The translations under genes were made by a program, and so were the position numbers. The notes under the pieces are model-generated. The model worked only from the letters and a program-made list of their open reading frames with translations. It made no database searches and was not told where the DNA came from. Shown here piece by piece: positions 21,036-30,163 of a stretch of 64,000 nucleotides of DNA. How positions within the stretch are numbered: the first letter of the stretch is position 1; each line of letters opens with the position of its first letter. The DNA comes from Spirochaetia bacterium (GTDB lineage: Bacteria; Spirochaetota; Spirochaetia; SZUA-6; Bin103), in the NCBI GenBank assembly GCA_965199955.1, contig CBDATQ010000001.1:384001-448000 (forward strand). Direction: 5' to 3'.

Positions 21036-23024
21036 TCAGGCGGAGCCGGTGCCGTTGCGCGCCGCCGAGCCCACCAGCTCCGCAAACTCGGCCGCCTCCA
21101 CCACCTCGGTCTCCAGCAGGCGCGCGGCGACCGACTCCAGCGCCGGGCGCTGCTCGCGCAACAGGGTCAGCACCGTCTGGTAGCGCTCGCCGATGATGCG
21201 GGCGGTCTCCTCGTCGATGTACTGCTGCGTGGACTCGGAGTATTCGCGGTTGACCACGTGGCCGGCCTGCCCGAGCAGCGGGCTCTCCTGGCGGTAGGGC
21301 AGGCGGACGTTGGCGAATCTCTCGCTCATGCCGTAGTCGGTGACCATCCGCTTGGCCATGTCGGTCGCCCGGTCCAGGTCGTTCGCGGCGCCGGTGGAGA
21401 TCTCGCCGAAGACCACTTCCTCGGCCCCGCGCCCGCCGAGCAGCACGTCGACCCGTCCCAGGATGTCGCTCTCGGTCAGCAGGAAGCGGTCCTCGGCGGG
21501 AGTCTGCATGGTGTATCCGAGCGCTCCCAACCCGCGAGGCACGATCGAGATCTTGCGCACCGGATCGGCGTCCGGCGTGTGATGGGCCACCAGCGCATGT
21601 CCCGCCTCGTGGTAGGCGACGATCCGCTTCTCCTTGGGGTTGAGCACCCGGCTGCGCTTCTCCAGCCCGGCAACGACCTTGTCGATCGCTTCGCTGAAGT
21701 CGCTCTGGGCGACTGTCTTGCGGCGCGCGCGCACCGCCAGCAGCGCCGCCTCGTTGACGATGTTGGCCAGGTCGGCGCCGGCGAAGCCGGGCGTGGCGCG
21801 CGCCACTTCCAGCAGGTCGACCTCCGGGTCCAACTTCACCTGCGCGCTGTGGATCTTCAGGATCGCCTCGCGCCCTGACAGATCCGGCTTGTCGACCAGT
21901 ACCTGCCGGTCGAAGCGCCCGGGCCGCAGCAGCGCGGCGTCCAGCACCTCCGGCCGGTTGGTGGCGCCCAGGATGATCACCCCGGAACGCGCGTCGAAGC
22001 CGTCCATCTCCACCAGGAGCTGGTTGAGGGTCTGTTCGCGCTCGTCGTTGCCACCGGCGATGGCCACGCCGCGGCTCTTGCCGATGGCGTCCAGCTCGTC
22101 GATGAAGATGATGCAGGGCGACTTCTCGCGCGCCTGCTTGAACAGGTCGCGCACGCGCGCGGCTCCCACGCCGACGAACATCTCCACGAAATCGGCGCCG
22201 TTGAGGCGGAAGAAGGTGACCTCGGCCTCGCCTGCCACCGCCCGCGCCAAGAGCGTCTTGCCGGTACCGGGCGCCCCCACCAGGAGCACGCCCTTGGGGA
22301 TCTTGCCGCCGATCTCGACGTAGCGGTCCGGGTTCTTGAGGAAGTCGACGACCTCCTCCAGCTCCGCCTTGGCCTCGTCCGCGCCGGCGACGTCCGCGAA
22401 GCGCACGCCGGTCTCTCCCTCGGCCACCACCTGGGCGCGCGACTTGCCGAAGGCCATCACGTTGGAGCCCATCGAGCCGAGCCGCTTGAACATGAAGCGC
22501 CACACCAGGAACATCAGCCCGAGCGGGATCACCCACTGCAGCACCAGCCCGAGTAGCGGGCGGTTGCCGCGCGGGACGGCGAAGTACTGGACGCCCTTCT
22601 CGTCGAGCAGATCCACGAATCCCGGGTCGTCGACTCGCACCGTGCGCCACTCCTGGACGCCCGATTGGGCGGCGGAGCCCGACTCCTGCAGGCGCCGCAG
22701 CTCCTCCTCGGTGGCGCTGTAGCCCACGTAGTGTTCGTCGGTGATGCGTACGCGCTTGATCTGCCCGCCGTCGACGAGCGCCTTGAACGTGCTGTACTCG
22801 ACCATCGACGTGACCTGCTGGCCGGAGAACAGCAAGTTGAACAGCAGCAGCGCGGCGGCGGCGATGACGACGTACCACAGGGAGAAGCGGAACTGGTTGC
22901 GGCTCGGCGGCTTGATGAGGGGCGGCTCCTCCTGCGGACCGCCGTCGGATTTCGGGGTCTGCCGGAAACCCCACTGGCCGTTGCCGGCCGGCGTCGGGCG
23001 ACCGCGTTCGTCTGGGTCGGTCAT
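21036..23024 (-). CDS. ftsH: ATP-dependent zinc metalloprotease FtsH
   Basis: Two TMs, [39 protein letters not shown]. Confidence 0.97.
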   Translation of the reverse strand: MTDPDERGRPTPAGNGQWGFRQTPKSDGGPQEEPPLIKPPSRNQFRFSLWYVVIAAAALLLFNLLFSGQQVTSMVEYSTFKALVDGGQIKRVRITDEHYVGYSATEEELRRLQESGSAAQSGVQEWRTVRVDDPGFVDLLDEKGVQYFAVPRGNRPLLGLVLQWVIPLGLMFLVWRFMFKRLGSMGSNVMAFGKSRAQVVAEGETGVRFADVAGADEAKAELEEVVDFLKNPDRYVEIGGKIPKGVLLVGAPGTGKTLLARAVAGEAEVTFFRLNGADFVEMFVGVGAARVRDLFKQAREKSPCIIFIDELDAIGKSRGVAIAGGNDEREQTLNQLLVEMDGFDARSGVIILGATNRPEVLDAALLRPGRFDRQVLVDKPDLSGREAILKIHSAQVKLDPEVDLLEVARATPGFAGADLANIVNEAALLAVRARRKTVAQSDFSEAIDKVVAGLEKRSRVLNPKEKRIVAYHEAGHALVAHHTPDADPVRKISIVPRGLGALGYTMQTPAEDRFLLTESDILGRVDVLLGGRGAEEVVFGEISTGAANDLDRATDMAKRMVTDYGMSERFANVRLPYRQESPLLGQAGHVVNREYSESTQQYIDEETARIIGERYQTVLTLLREQRPALESVAARLLETEVVEAAEFAELVGSAARNGTGSA

Positions 23025-23076
23025 GGTGCGCCTCCACGTTCAAGGTAGTGACGTCCAGGATCGGCGGTCCAGGCGA

Positions 23077-24561
23077 TCAATCAGCGGGCAGGGTCGGGCT
23101 GGCGCGGCCGCGGGTGAGGAGCTCGAAGGCGTGCGCGATGCGCACCAGGGTGGGCTCGCTGAAGGCGGTGCCGGTGAACATGACGCCGCGAGGCTCGATC
23201 GGGGCGGCGCTGCCGTCAGGTGCTGGTACGAACCCCAGCGGGACCGCCACCGACGGGTAACCGGCGCGCGCGGCCACCGACGATCCGGAGCCGCTCGGGA
23301 ACACCAGGGCGTCCAGCCCGTGGCGCTCCAGCGTGGCGTCGATGCCGTCCGTCCGGCACAGGCGCAGGTCCTCCGCGCGGGCGTTGAGGTATTCCGGCTC
23401 GTCCATGCGGCCGGAGGTTTCGTGCTCGGCGCGCAGCAGCCATACCTGCCCGTAGCGCAGCGCCTGATCCGCGTGGGCGGCGTTGAAGGCGATCAGGTCG
23501 GCGAGCGTCCGGCAGGGGGCGCCGGGGCCGAGCCGCCGCAGGTAGGCGTTCATCGCCGCCTTGAACTCGTACAGGAGCACCGAGGACCACGCGATGGCGT
23601 CGCGGGTGGCGATGTCGGCCGGGTCGACCACCTCGGCGCCGCCCTCGACGAGCGCGGCGCGGACCTGCTCCAGCGTGTCCTGCCACCGCTCGCCCTGTTC
23701 GTCCCAGAACCCGGCCCGCGGGATGCCGATGCGCGCGCCCCGCAGGCCGTCGCGACGCAGGTGCGGCCGGAAGTCGAAGTTCGGCGCGCCGAGCGTGGCC
23801 GCGTCCTCGGGGTCGGGGCCTGCGATCACGGCCAGCACGCGGGCGGCGTCCTCGACGCTGCGCGCGAACGGTCCGGCGGTGTCCTGACTGAAGGCGATCG
23901 GCACGATGCCGGTCCGGGACACCAGCCCGACGGTTGGCTTGATGCCGACGATGCCGTTGGCGAAGGCGGGCACGAGGATGGAGCCCGCGGTCTCGGTGCC
24001 GATCGCCACCGGGCACAGGCCGGCGGCCACGGCGGCGGCCGATCCGGAGCTGGAGGTGGACACCGGCAGCGCCGGGTGGTGGGGGTTGATCACCTGCCCG
24101 CCGAGCGAGCTGTAGCCGCCGGGCATGCCGGTGGACATGTAGTTGGCCAGCTCGGTCATGTTGGTCTTGCCGATGATCAGCGCCCCGGCGGTCCGCAGGC
24201 GCTTCACCAGCGGCGCGTCCGCCGGCGCGAAGGAGTCGGCCAAGGCCAGCGCGCCGGCGCTGGTGGCCATCGACCCGCCGCCGGGGCCGCCGGTGTCGAC
24301 GTTGTCCTTGAGCAGCACCGGCACGCCGTGCAGGGGGCCTGCCGCGGCGCCGGCCTGCCGCTCCGTATCGAGCCGGCGGGCCGTCCACTGCGCGTCCGGG
24401 TCGATGCGCAGCACCGCGTTGAGCTTGGGGCCGGCGCGGTCGACGGCCGCGATGCGCGCGAAGGCGCAAGCCAGCTCTTCCTGGACCGTCGTGTCACCGC
24501 GGCGGTAGGCGTCGAGCAGCCGGCGGATCGCATCGTCCGGGCCTTTGGCTTTCATGGTCAT
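23077..24561 (-). CDS. Amidase signature family protein
   Basis: GPLHGVPVLLKDN, GKTNMTE, STSSSGSAAAVA, GTETAGSI; exact start uncertain. Confidence 0.93.
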   Translation of the reverse strand: MTMKAKGPDDAIRRLLDAYRRGDTTVQEELACAFARIAAVDRAGPKLNAVLRIDPDAQWTARRLDTERQAGAAAGPLHGVPVLLKDNVDTGGPGGGSMATSAGALALADSFAPADAPLVKRLRTAGALIIGKTNMTELANYMSTGMPGGYSSLGGQVINPHHPALPVSTSSSGSAAAVAAGLCPVAIGTETAGSILVPAFANGIVGIKPTVGLVSRTGIVPIAFSQDTAGPFARSVEDAARVLAVIAGPDPEDAATLGAPNFDFRPHLRRDGLRGARIGIPRAGFWDEQGERWQDTLEQVRAALVEGGAEVVDPADIATRDAIAWSSVLLYEFKAAMNAYLRRLGPGAPCRTLADLIAFNAAHADQALRYGQVWLLRAEHETSGRMDEPEYLNARAEDLRLCRTDGIDATLERHGLDALVFPSGSGSSVAARAGYPSVAVPLGFVPAPDGSAAPIEPRGVMFTGTAFSEPTLVRIAHAFELLTRGRASPTLPAD

Positions 24562-24673
24562 CCGATCAGCGTACTTGGTCACTTGGTGGCACACTCCTGC
24601 CGTCGCACGGAGGTTGAAAGTGCGAGCACGGCATCGAGAACGCCGGCGACGAACCCCTGGAGGTGCTGATCTG

Positions 24674-24710
24674 CACCGCGCCGCCGAATCGCCAGCTAGC
24701 GGGCGGCGCG
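24674..24710. terminator. GC-rich hairpin downstream of the small lipoprotein gene
   Basis: cgcgccgcc ... ggcggcgcg inverted repeat; no U-tract. Confidence 0.3.
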
Positions 24711-24717
24711 AACCCGG

Positions 24718-25035
24718 CTAGCCGATGTCCAGCTTGTAGCAGTACGAGCCCTGGAGCAGGTTGTTCGGAATCAGCGCGTCCGCCCCGGTCCCGTCGGCGT
24801 CATCCCACCACTCGTATCCGCCCACTCCGCACAAGCCAAGACGGCTCTGGCCGCGGTCCACTTCGTAGATCGCCGATGCTCCCGCCCTGAACGTGGACGT
24901 GCCGGCCGGATCGACCCGCACCGGTGAGTGCAGGTAGGTCAGCTCTGCCGTCGTGGTCGTCGTCGTCGAGCAGCCCACGAGCATCGCCAGCCCCAGGATC
25001 CCCATGATCGACCGAAGTACTCCCCGATTGCGCAT
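24718..25035 (-). CDS. Small putative lipoprotein
   Basis: MRNRGVLRSIMGILGLAMLVGC lipobox, poly-Thr linker, GGAGGG SD. Confidence 0.6.
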   Translation of the reverse strand: MRNRGVLRSIMGILGLAMLVGCSTTTTTTAELTYLHSPVRVDPAGTSTFRAGASAIYEVDRGQSRLGLCGVGGYEWWDDADGTGADALIPNNLLQGSYCYKLDIG

Positions 25036-25182
25036 ACTGTTCCCCTCCCAGCACGCATAGGTGCCGGGTCACTCTGGACCAGCCGGCGGGACCAGCGCAA
25101 CTGGGAACGGGTCTTCTCGTCAAGTGGGCCGGAGGAGGGCACCCTGCATCAGCACCTCCGGATCGGCAAGCAGGAACTCTGG

Positions 25183-25228
25183 AAGAAACGATCGATTGCT
25201 TAGTGCCTCGAAAAAGAAACGATCGTTT
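25183..25228 (+). promoter_or_regulatory. Direct repeat AAGAAACGATCG x2; the second copy extends into the palindrome AAACGATCGTTT (putative operator of the fic gene)
   Basis: Copies at 25183-25194 and 25214-25225, 31 bp apart; adjacent to the fic leader once the IS is removed. Confidence 0.5.
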
Positions 25229-25234
25229 TCTAAC

Positions 25235-27226
25235 CCGAAGTTCCAGGAGCGAAATTGCCTGAAGTCCTTGTGGTCAGGGTAGTTTCTCAATGGTGCAGGT
25301 TCCTGTGCATGGCTACATGCGGGGCGTGACCCCAAGCAGCTCGAAACAGCGCTGCTGAACCGGTGTCGGGTGCGTGTGCAGCGTGAACGTGCTGCCGCCC
25401 TCTGCAACCTGCATCGTGTTCGCCGTCAGCGTGCCCAGCTCAGTGATCAGCGTGCGAAAGCTGTGCACCGGCAACCCGTCCTCGGTGCGCTTGCTCGACG
25501 CCTTGGCCGCCGCGGCCGCCGATCGCTGCGCCGGAGCCACCTCGGAGACCCGCTTGCGCTCGGCGCCCTGTCGATCGTGATCGTCGAACAGCAACGGCGC
25601 CAGCGAGCGCCGCATGTGCCACTCCACGTAGTAGGCCAGCATGCACAGCAGCACGTGCGCCCGCACCCGATCGGCGCGCCGGTGGTGAATCGGGCGCACC
25701 TTCAGGTCCACGGACTTCATGCACCGAAACGCCCGCTCCACCTTCGACAGCCCCTTGTAGGCGCGCACCGTCTGCGCCGCGTCGAGCACCTGCGGCTCCA
25801 CGTTGCTGCGCACGATGTACAGCCCGTCCAGCGCCTGCTCGGCGGCGATCTTGTGCTCATCGCGCCGAAAGCTGAACGACTCGGAGGTGATCTCGGTCAC
25901 GAAGTGCTTGCCCACCTTGTAGTGATTGATCACCTTGCCGACCCGCATGCCGATCTCGGCCTCGCCCCGTAGCGGCTGATGGACGCGCTGGGTGGCCTGA
26001 GCGATCGGGGCCAGCTTCTGCTCGGTGGCCTGTAGCAGCTCCTGGCGCTTGCGCTTCCGTTCGTCGGCCAGCAACGGGTTGCGGCACACGATCAGCCGCT
26101 CGCCCGGAAACTCCTCGCTGGTGATCTCGGCCAGGTCGCGCTCGTCGAACAACGACGGCGCCACCTCGCCGGCGGCCACCAGCTTGCGGATCGTCGGCGC
26201 GCGCAGCGTGGTGATCCAGCGCAGCCCCTCCACCTCTTGCAGGTCCTCGCGGATCCTCGCCGCGCTCAGCATCCCGCGGTCGCCGACCAGCACCACCCGC
26301 GTGAGTCCGAAGCGGGTGCGGATCTTGTCCACCTGCGCGCTCACCGTCTTCGGGTCGGCGGTAGAGCCAGGGAATACCTCCACCGCCACCGGACAGCCTT
26401 CCTGGGTGCACAGCAGCCCGAACACGATCTGCAGCGTGCCCGACTTGCCGTCACGGCTGTGTCCCAACTGCGCCAGCTCGCAGTGGCTGCCCTCGAAGTA
26501 GGTCGAGCTCACGTCGTAGAGCACCAGCGTGTGCTCGCTGAGGTGCTGTTCGGCCAGGCGGTCCTCGATCGCCGCCTGGCGCCCGACCAACCAGTCCATC
26601 GCCTCGTAGAGCTCGTTCTCATCGACCTCCCCCAACCGCAGCGACTCGCCCAGGGTGGACACGGCGCTGGGCGGTGAGAGCGCGCGGGCGGTGGCCAGTT
26701 TGGACTGCGCGTCGATGACGCGGGCGGTGATCATGGCGATGATCAGCTCGCGCGAGCGGCTGGCCTTGCGGGCGATGAGGGTATGGAGTCCGAGCTGCTT
26801 GAGGATGCCCAGCACGGCGGCGACGTGGCCGTGGGGCAGCGAGCGCGTGAGCAGCAACGCATCCGAGACCGAGGCGAAGGCGTGGCCGCCCTTGAGCAGG
26901 GTGCGCAAGCCGTCGACCAGATCAGGGGGCCATTTGGAGAGGTTCGCGAGCGTGCGCTTCTTGACCTTGCCGTGCTCGCGGTAGGACTCGCGGAGCAGGA
27001 TGGCAGGGGGAGAGGAGCGGTTGGGGACAGACTCGATGTACATGACTACTGATCTGTGGCAACAGAATACACACAAGTCACGATATGTCAAGATCAAATA
27101 GCATGTATCTCGCCGCTATTCACCACCATCTACATGGACACGAAACGACGCCAATCAGCACGCAGATCACCTTGCAACTAATTTCTGTCAATGAAGTTAC
27201 GAGAGATTCACGCTCTGGAACTTCGG
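25235..27226 (-). mobile_element. Complete IS1634-family insertion sequence
   Basis: Terminal IRs CCGAAGTTCCAG (25235-25246) and CTGGAACTTCGG (27215-27226); direct repeat TCTAAC at 25229-25234 and 27227-27232. Confidence 0.93.
25313..27043 (-). CDS. IS1634-family DDE transposase
   Basis: MYIESVPNRSSPPAILLRESYRE, LVLYDVSSTYFEG, VLVGDRGM, VERAFRCMK, RVRAHVLLCMLAYYV. Confidence 0.95.
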   Translation of the reverse strand: MYIESVPNRSSPPAILLRESYREHGKVKKRTLANLSKWPPDLVDGLRTLLKGGHAFASVSDALLLTRSLPHGHVAAVLGILKQLGLHTLIARKASRSRELIIAMITARVIDAQSKLATARALSPPSAVSTLGESLRLGEVDENELYEAMDWLVGRQAAIEDRLAEQHLSEHTLVLYDVSSTYFEGSHCELAQLGHSRDGKSGTLQIVFGLLCTQEGCPVAVEVFPGSTADPKTVSAQVDKIRTRFGLTRVVLVGDRGMLSAARIREDLQEVEGLRWITTLRAPTIRKLVAAGEVAPSLFDERDLAEITSEEFPGERLIVCRNPLLADERKRKRQELLQATEQKLAPIAQATQRVHQPLRGEAEIGMRVGKVINHYKVGKHFVTEITSESFSFRRDEHKIAAEQALDGLYIVRSNVEPQVLDAAQTVRAYKGLSKVERAFRCMKSVDLKVRPIHHRRADRVRAHVLLCMLAYYVEWHMRRSLAPLLFDDHDRQGAERKRVSEVAPAQRSAAAAAKASSKRTEDGLPVHSFRTLITELGTLTANTMQVAEGGSTFTLHTHPTPVQQRCFELLGVTPRM

Positions 27227-27265
27227 TCTAACATTATCGCCTGAGGAAAGGAGCGTTCCCGAACG

Positions 27266-28423
27266 ATGCCTCGCCAGACCGGTCGATACCGCATCACCAC
27301 CACCCTTGGGGAGCAGGTCCGGGCGTTCGCCCCGTATCCGCTACCCCCGGCAGATCCCCCGCTGGCGATGGATGCAGCGGCCACAAAGCTCCACGCCGAC
27401 GCGTTGGCCGCTCTCTCCCGCCTCGCGGTGGCGGGTGCGATGGTGCCGGATACCGACTGGTTCCTCTACGGGTTTGTCCGCAAGGAGGCGGTGATCACCT
27501 CGCAGATCGAGGGCACGCAGGCGACGCTGCCCGATCTCGTCACCTATGAAGCGACCGATCGCGCCGAACGCCCCGAGGATGTCGAGGAGGTCTGCAACTA
27601 CGTGGATGCTCTCGCACGCGCGCGCCGGCAGCTTGCGGACCCGAACGGGGTGCCGCTCAGCGGGCGCCTGTTGCGCGACGCGCACCGGATTCTCATGAGC
27701 GGTGCCCGCGGCGCGGACAAGCTTCCCGGCGAGCTACGCCGCTCGCAGAACTGGATCGGCGGCAGCCGGCCGGGCAACGCCCGCTTCGTCCCCCCGCCGC
27801 CCGAGGAGGTGCCGGACGCGCTGTCGACGCTGGAGCGATGGTGGCATGCCGAGTGCGACCTGCCGCCGCTGGTGCGCGCCGGCCTCGCACACGTGCAGTT
27901 CGAGACGATTCATCCGTTCCTGGACGGCAACGGACGCATCGGTCGGCTGCTGATCGCGTTGCTCATCGAGCACTGGAGGCTGCTCGACCAGCCGCTGCTC
28001 TACCTCAGCGTGGCGTTCCGGCGGGCGCAACCGGAGTACTACGCACGGCTCGGCGCCGTGCGAACCGACGGTGACTGGGAGGGCTGGAACCGGTTCTTCC
28101 TGGAGTGCGTGCGCGAGGCTGCCGACGACGGCGTGCGCGTCGCCCGCGAGCTCCACGCCATCGTCGGGCGCGACCGCCGCCGAATGATGGGCCACAGCCG
28201 ATCCACGGTCGCCGCCATCCGGTTACTGGACCGCCTGCCCTCGAATCCCGTTATGACCGTTCCCCGGGCAGCCGAGATGCTCGGGCTGACGGCCCCGCCG
28301 GCCCGCAAGGCGATCGAGCTGCTGGAGAGCCTGGGAGTGCTGCGCGAGATCAGCGGCAAGCGCCGCGGGCGCGCTTTTGCCTACCGTGAGTACCTGGAAG
28401 CCCTGATCGGTGACGACGGGTGA
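27266..28423 (+). CDS. Fic-family protein with probable C-terminal HTH
   Basis: EAVITSQIEG and the Fic motif HPFLDGNGRIGR. Confidence 0.95.
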   Translation: MPRQTGRYRITTTLGEQVRAFAPYPLPPADPPLAMDAAATKLHADALAALSRLAVAGAMVPDTDWFLYGFVRKEAVITSQIEGTQATLPDLVTYEATDRAERPEDVEEVCNYVDALARARRQLADPNGVPLSGRLLRDAHRILMSGARGADKLPGELRRSQNWIGGSRPGNARFVPPPPEEVPDALSTLERWWHAECDLPPLVRAGLAHVQFETIHPFLDGNGRIGRLLIALLIEHWRLLDQPLLYLSVAFRRAQPEYYARLGAVRTDGDWEGWNRFFLECVREAADDGVRVARELHAIVGRDRRRMMGHSRSTVAAIRLLDRLPSNPVMTVPRAAEMLGLTAPPARKAIELLESLGVLREISGKRRGRAFAYREYLEALIGDDG

Positions 28424-28599
28424 TGCGGTGTATACGCTCACGAGTGCGCCGGTCGCTTCCCGACCCTCATTTGAACGGTGGGATGTCCACTGGCAAGCCA
28501 ACCCGCATGAAGTAGCGAGCAAGTTCCTGTCCGGTAATCCCGTTTCTGGAGATGGGAGCCCGCAGGAGCGCCTGTAGACATTGCCCAGTGTCGCACGGC

Positions 28600-28770
28600 A
28601 TGAGGGCCTATCAACGCAAGATAACCGGCGGCCGGCGCGCGGTCTCGGTGCTTCTCGAGCCGGAAATTGGGCAGGCGCTCGACCGCATGGCCGCCAAGCA
28701 CGGCGTTTCCAAGAATCAGGTCGTCAACGTGGCGCTGACGCAGCTTGCCGTCGACGACGTGTTGAAGCCT
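28600..28770 (+). pseudogene. Ribbon-helix-helix (CopG-like) DNA-binding protein, 3' end apparently replaced
   Basis: RRAVSVLLEPEIGQALDRMAAKHGVSKNQVVNVALTQL; the frame then reads into the antisense of an unrelated fragment. Confidence 0.5.
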
Positions 28771-29077
28771 GGCGCCCGTATGCGCGCCAGTAGCGCCTCC
28801 TCGTCCAGGTCGGGCCGCGGCGGGAGCAGCACCGGCTCCACGACCCAGCGCAGCCCCGCGAGCGGTTGGCGCTCCGCCGCCTGCTCGGCGGCGATCATGG
28901 CGTCGTGGATGCGGCCGGCGAACAGCTCGCGGTTGTAGGCGATGCCGTCGTTGTACTTGCCGGCGGCCACGTTGCCGGCGCAGCCGGTGAAGTAGAGGTG
29001 CGGCACCCCGGACGCGGCGGTGCGCCGGTCGCGCGCCAGGCCCACGAACTCCGGGTTCACCACGCCGGTGCCGTCCA
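28768..29077 (-). pseudogene. Internal fragment of a ceramidase-like hypothetical hydrolase
   Basis: VNPEFVGLARDRR...HLYFTGCAGNVAAGKYNDG...NRELFAGRI; no start or proper end. Confidence 0.5.
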
Positions 29078-29211
29078 GGCGTCGTTGACCAGCCCGGAGT
29101 AGCCCTCGGTCCGCCAGGAACAGAACATGTGGCCGTAGTCGTTGGCGAGCGTCACGCCCGAGCGGCGCCACGCTTCCAGGTACTCGGAGCGGATCTTGGC
29201 GTCGTGCACGA

Positions 29212-29342
29212 CGTCGATGGCCACCCGCCCCCAGAAGGGCATGGCGTTCTGTTCGACCGGCGGCAAGCGTGGGGTCGTCCAAACACGCCAGCGCCGTCGC
29301 GAACTTCGAATGGACGTGCAGCACGCAACGGGCGTCCATGAT
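29212..29342 (-). pseudogene. Fragment of a class II aldolase/adducin-family gene
   Basis: ARCVLHVHSKFATALACL-(frameshift)-PPVEQNAMPFWGRVAID with the HxH metal motif. Confidence 0.6.
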
Positions 29343-29359
29343 GGTGGATCGCACTCGTA

Positions 29360-29632
29360 TCAGTAGTGGTAACGGGCCGCAAGGAACCTCACGCGGCCTT
29401 CGCTGACTCGATAGACCAGGCGGTGCTCCTGGTCGATGCGCCGTGACCAGGCGCCTGAAAGCTGACCGCGCAGCGGTTCCGGCTTGCCGGGTCCGCTGAA
29501 CGGGTCGCGGAGCTCGGCCTCGATCAGCTTCAGGGTGCGCAGCGCCCGCCGCCGGTCCGTGCGCACCCAGTGCTCCAGGTCTTCGAGGCAGTTCGGATCG
29601 AAGAGCGCGTCCCGACGGCCGCTATCGCTCAC
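29360..29632 (-). CDS. yoeB: Txe/YoeB toxin
   Basis: RDPFSGPGKPEPLRGQLSGAWSRRIDQEHRLVY...ARYHY. Confidence 0.95.
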   Translation of the reverse strand: MSDSGRRDALFDPNCLEDLEHWVRTDRRRALRTLKLIEAELRDPFSGPGKPEPLRGQLSGAWSRRIDQEHRLVYRVSEGRVRFLAARYHY

Positions 29633-29913
29633 GCTCCGTCGAGGTCGAGGCGTTCGCGAAGCTGCTCGATGTTCAGCGGGACACCTTCTCCGGCCGCTGC
29701 GCGGTCGCTGGCGTCCAGCAGGCGCCGGGCGTTCTTCGGCGAACGGAGCAGGTAGGCGGTCTCCATCCAGCCGGCGAGCTCGTCGGCCGCGACCAGGGCG
29801 ACCGGCTCCGCGCCGCGGCGGCGAATCACGATCGGCTCGCGGGTGTCCGTCACCTGATCCATGAGCGCCGCCAAGTGGGCCCGCGCGTTGCTGTAGGTGG
29901 TCTCGTGGGTCAT
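29629..29913 (-). CDS. yefM: YefM antitoxin
   Basis: TTYSNARAHLAALMDQV...PIVIRR...ETAYLLRSPKNARRLL. Confidence 0.95.
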   Translation of the reverse strand: MTHETTYSNARAHLAALMDQVTDTREPIVIRRRGAEPVALVAADELAGWMETAYLLRSPKNARRLLDASDRAAAGEGVPLNIEQLRERLDLDGA

Positions 29914-29918
29914 CTCAG

Positions 29919-29949
29919 ATTACTTGTACAGTGATACGGTACAAGTAAT
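29919..29949 (-). promoter_or_regulatory. Putative yefM-yoeB operator (11-bp inverted repeat)
   Basis: ATTACTTGTAC-9 nt-GTACAAGTAAT; includes the TGTACA core known from the E. coli yefM-yoeB operator. Confidence 0.75.
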
Positions 29950-30163
29950 GGGTGCGCCGATCGAGCTGGGAGCCGGGCGAGAGCGCTGCTTAGCGCGACT
30001 TACACAGCGAAGCGGGGTCAACCCGATCCGCGCGAAGCCCACGTTCCCCAGAATGACGGTCGTCTGGTTCGATCACCTGCGTTCCGAAGACGACCGCTGT
30101 CTCCGGGTCGTAGGTCAGGTCGAACTCGTAGCTGACGGCCCCCTTCGCAACTCACTGGAGAGA

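Noticed and set aside
29950..30160. Short minus-strand frame (SYEFDLTYDPETAVV...) downstream of the 598-aa gene
   Set aside because: No RBS or recognisable family; possibly a remnant but unsupported
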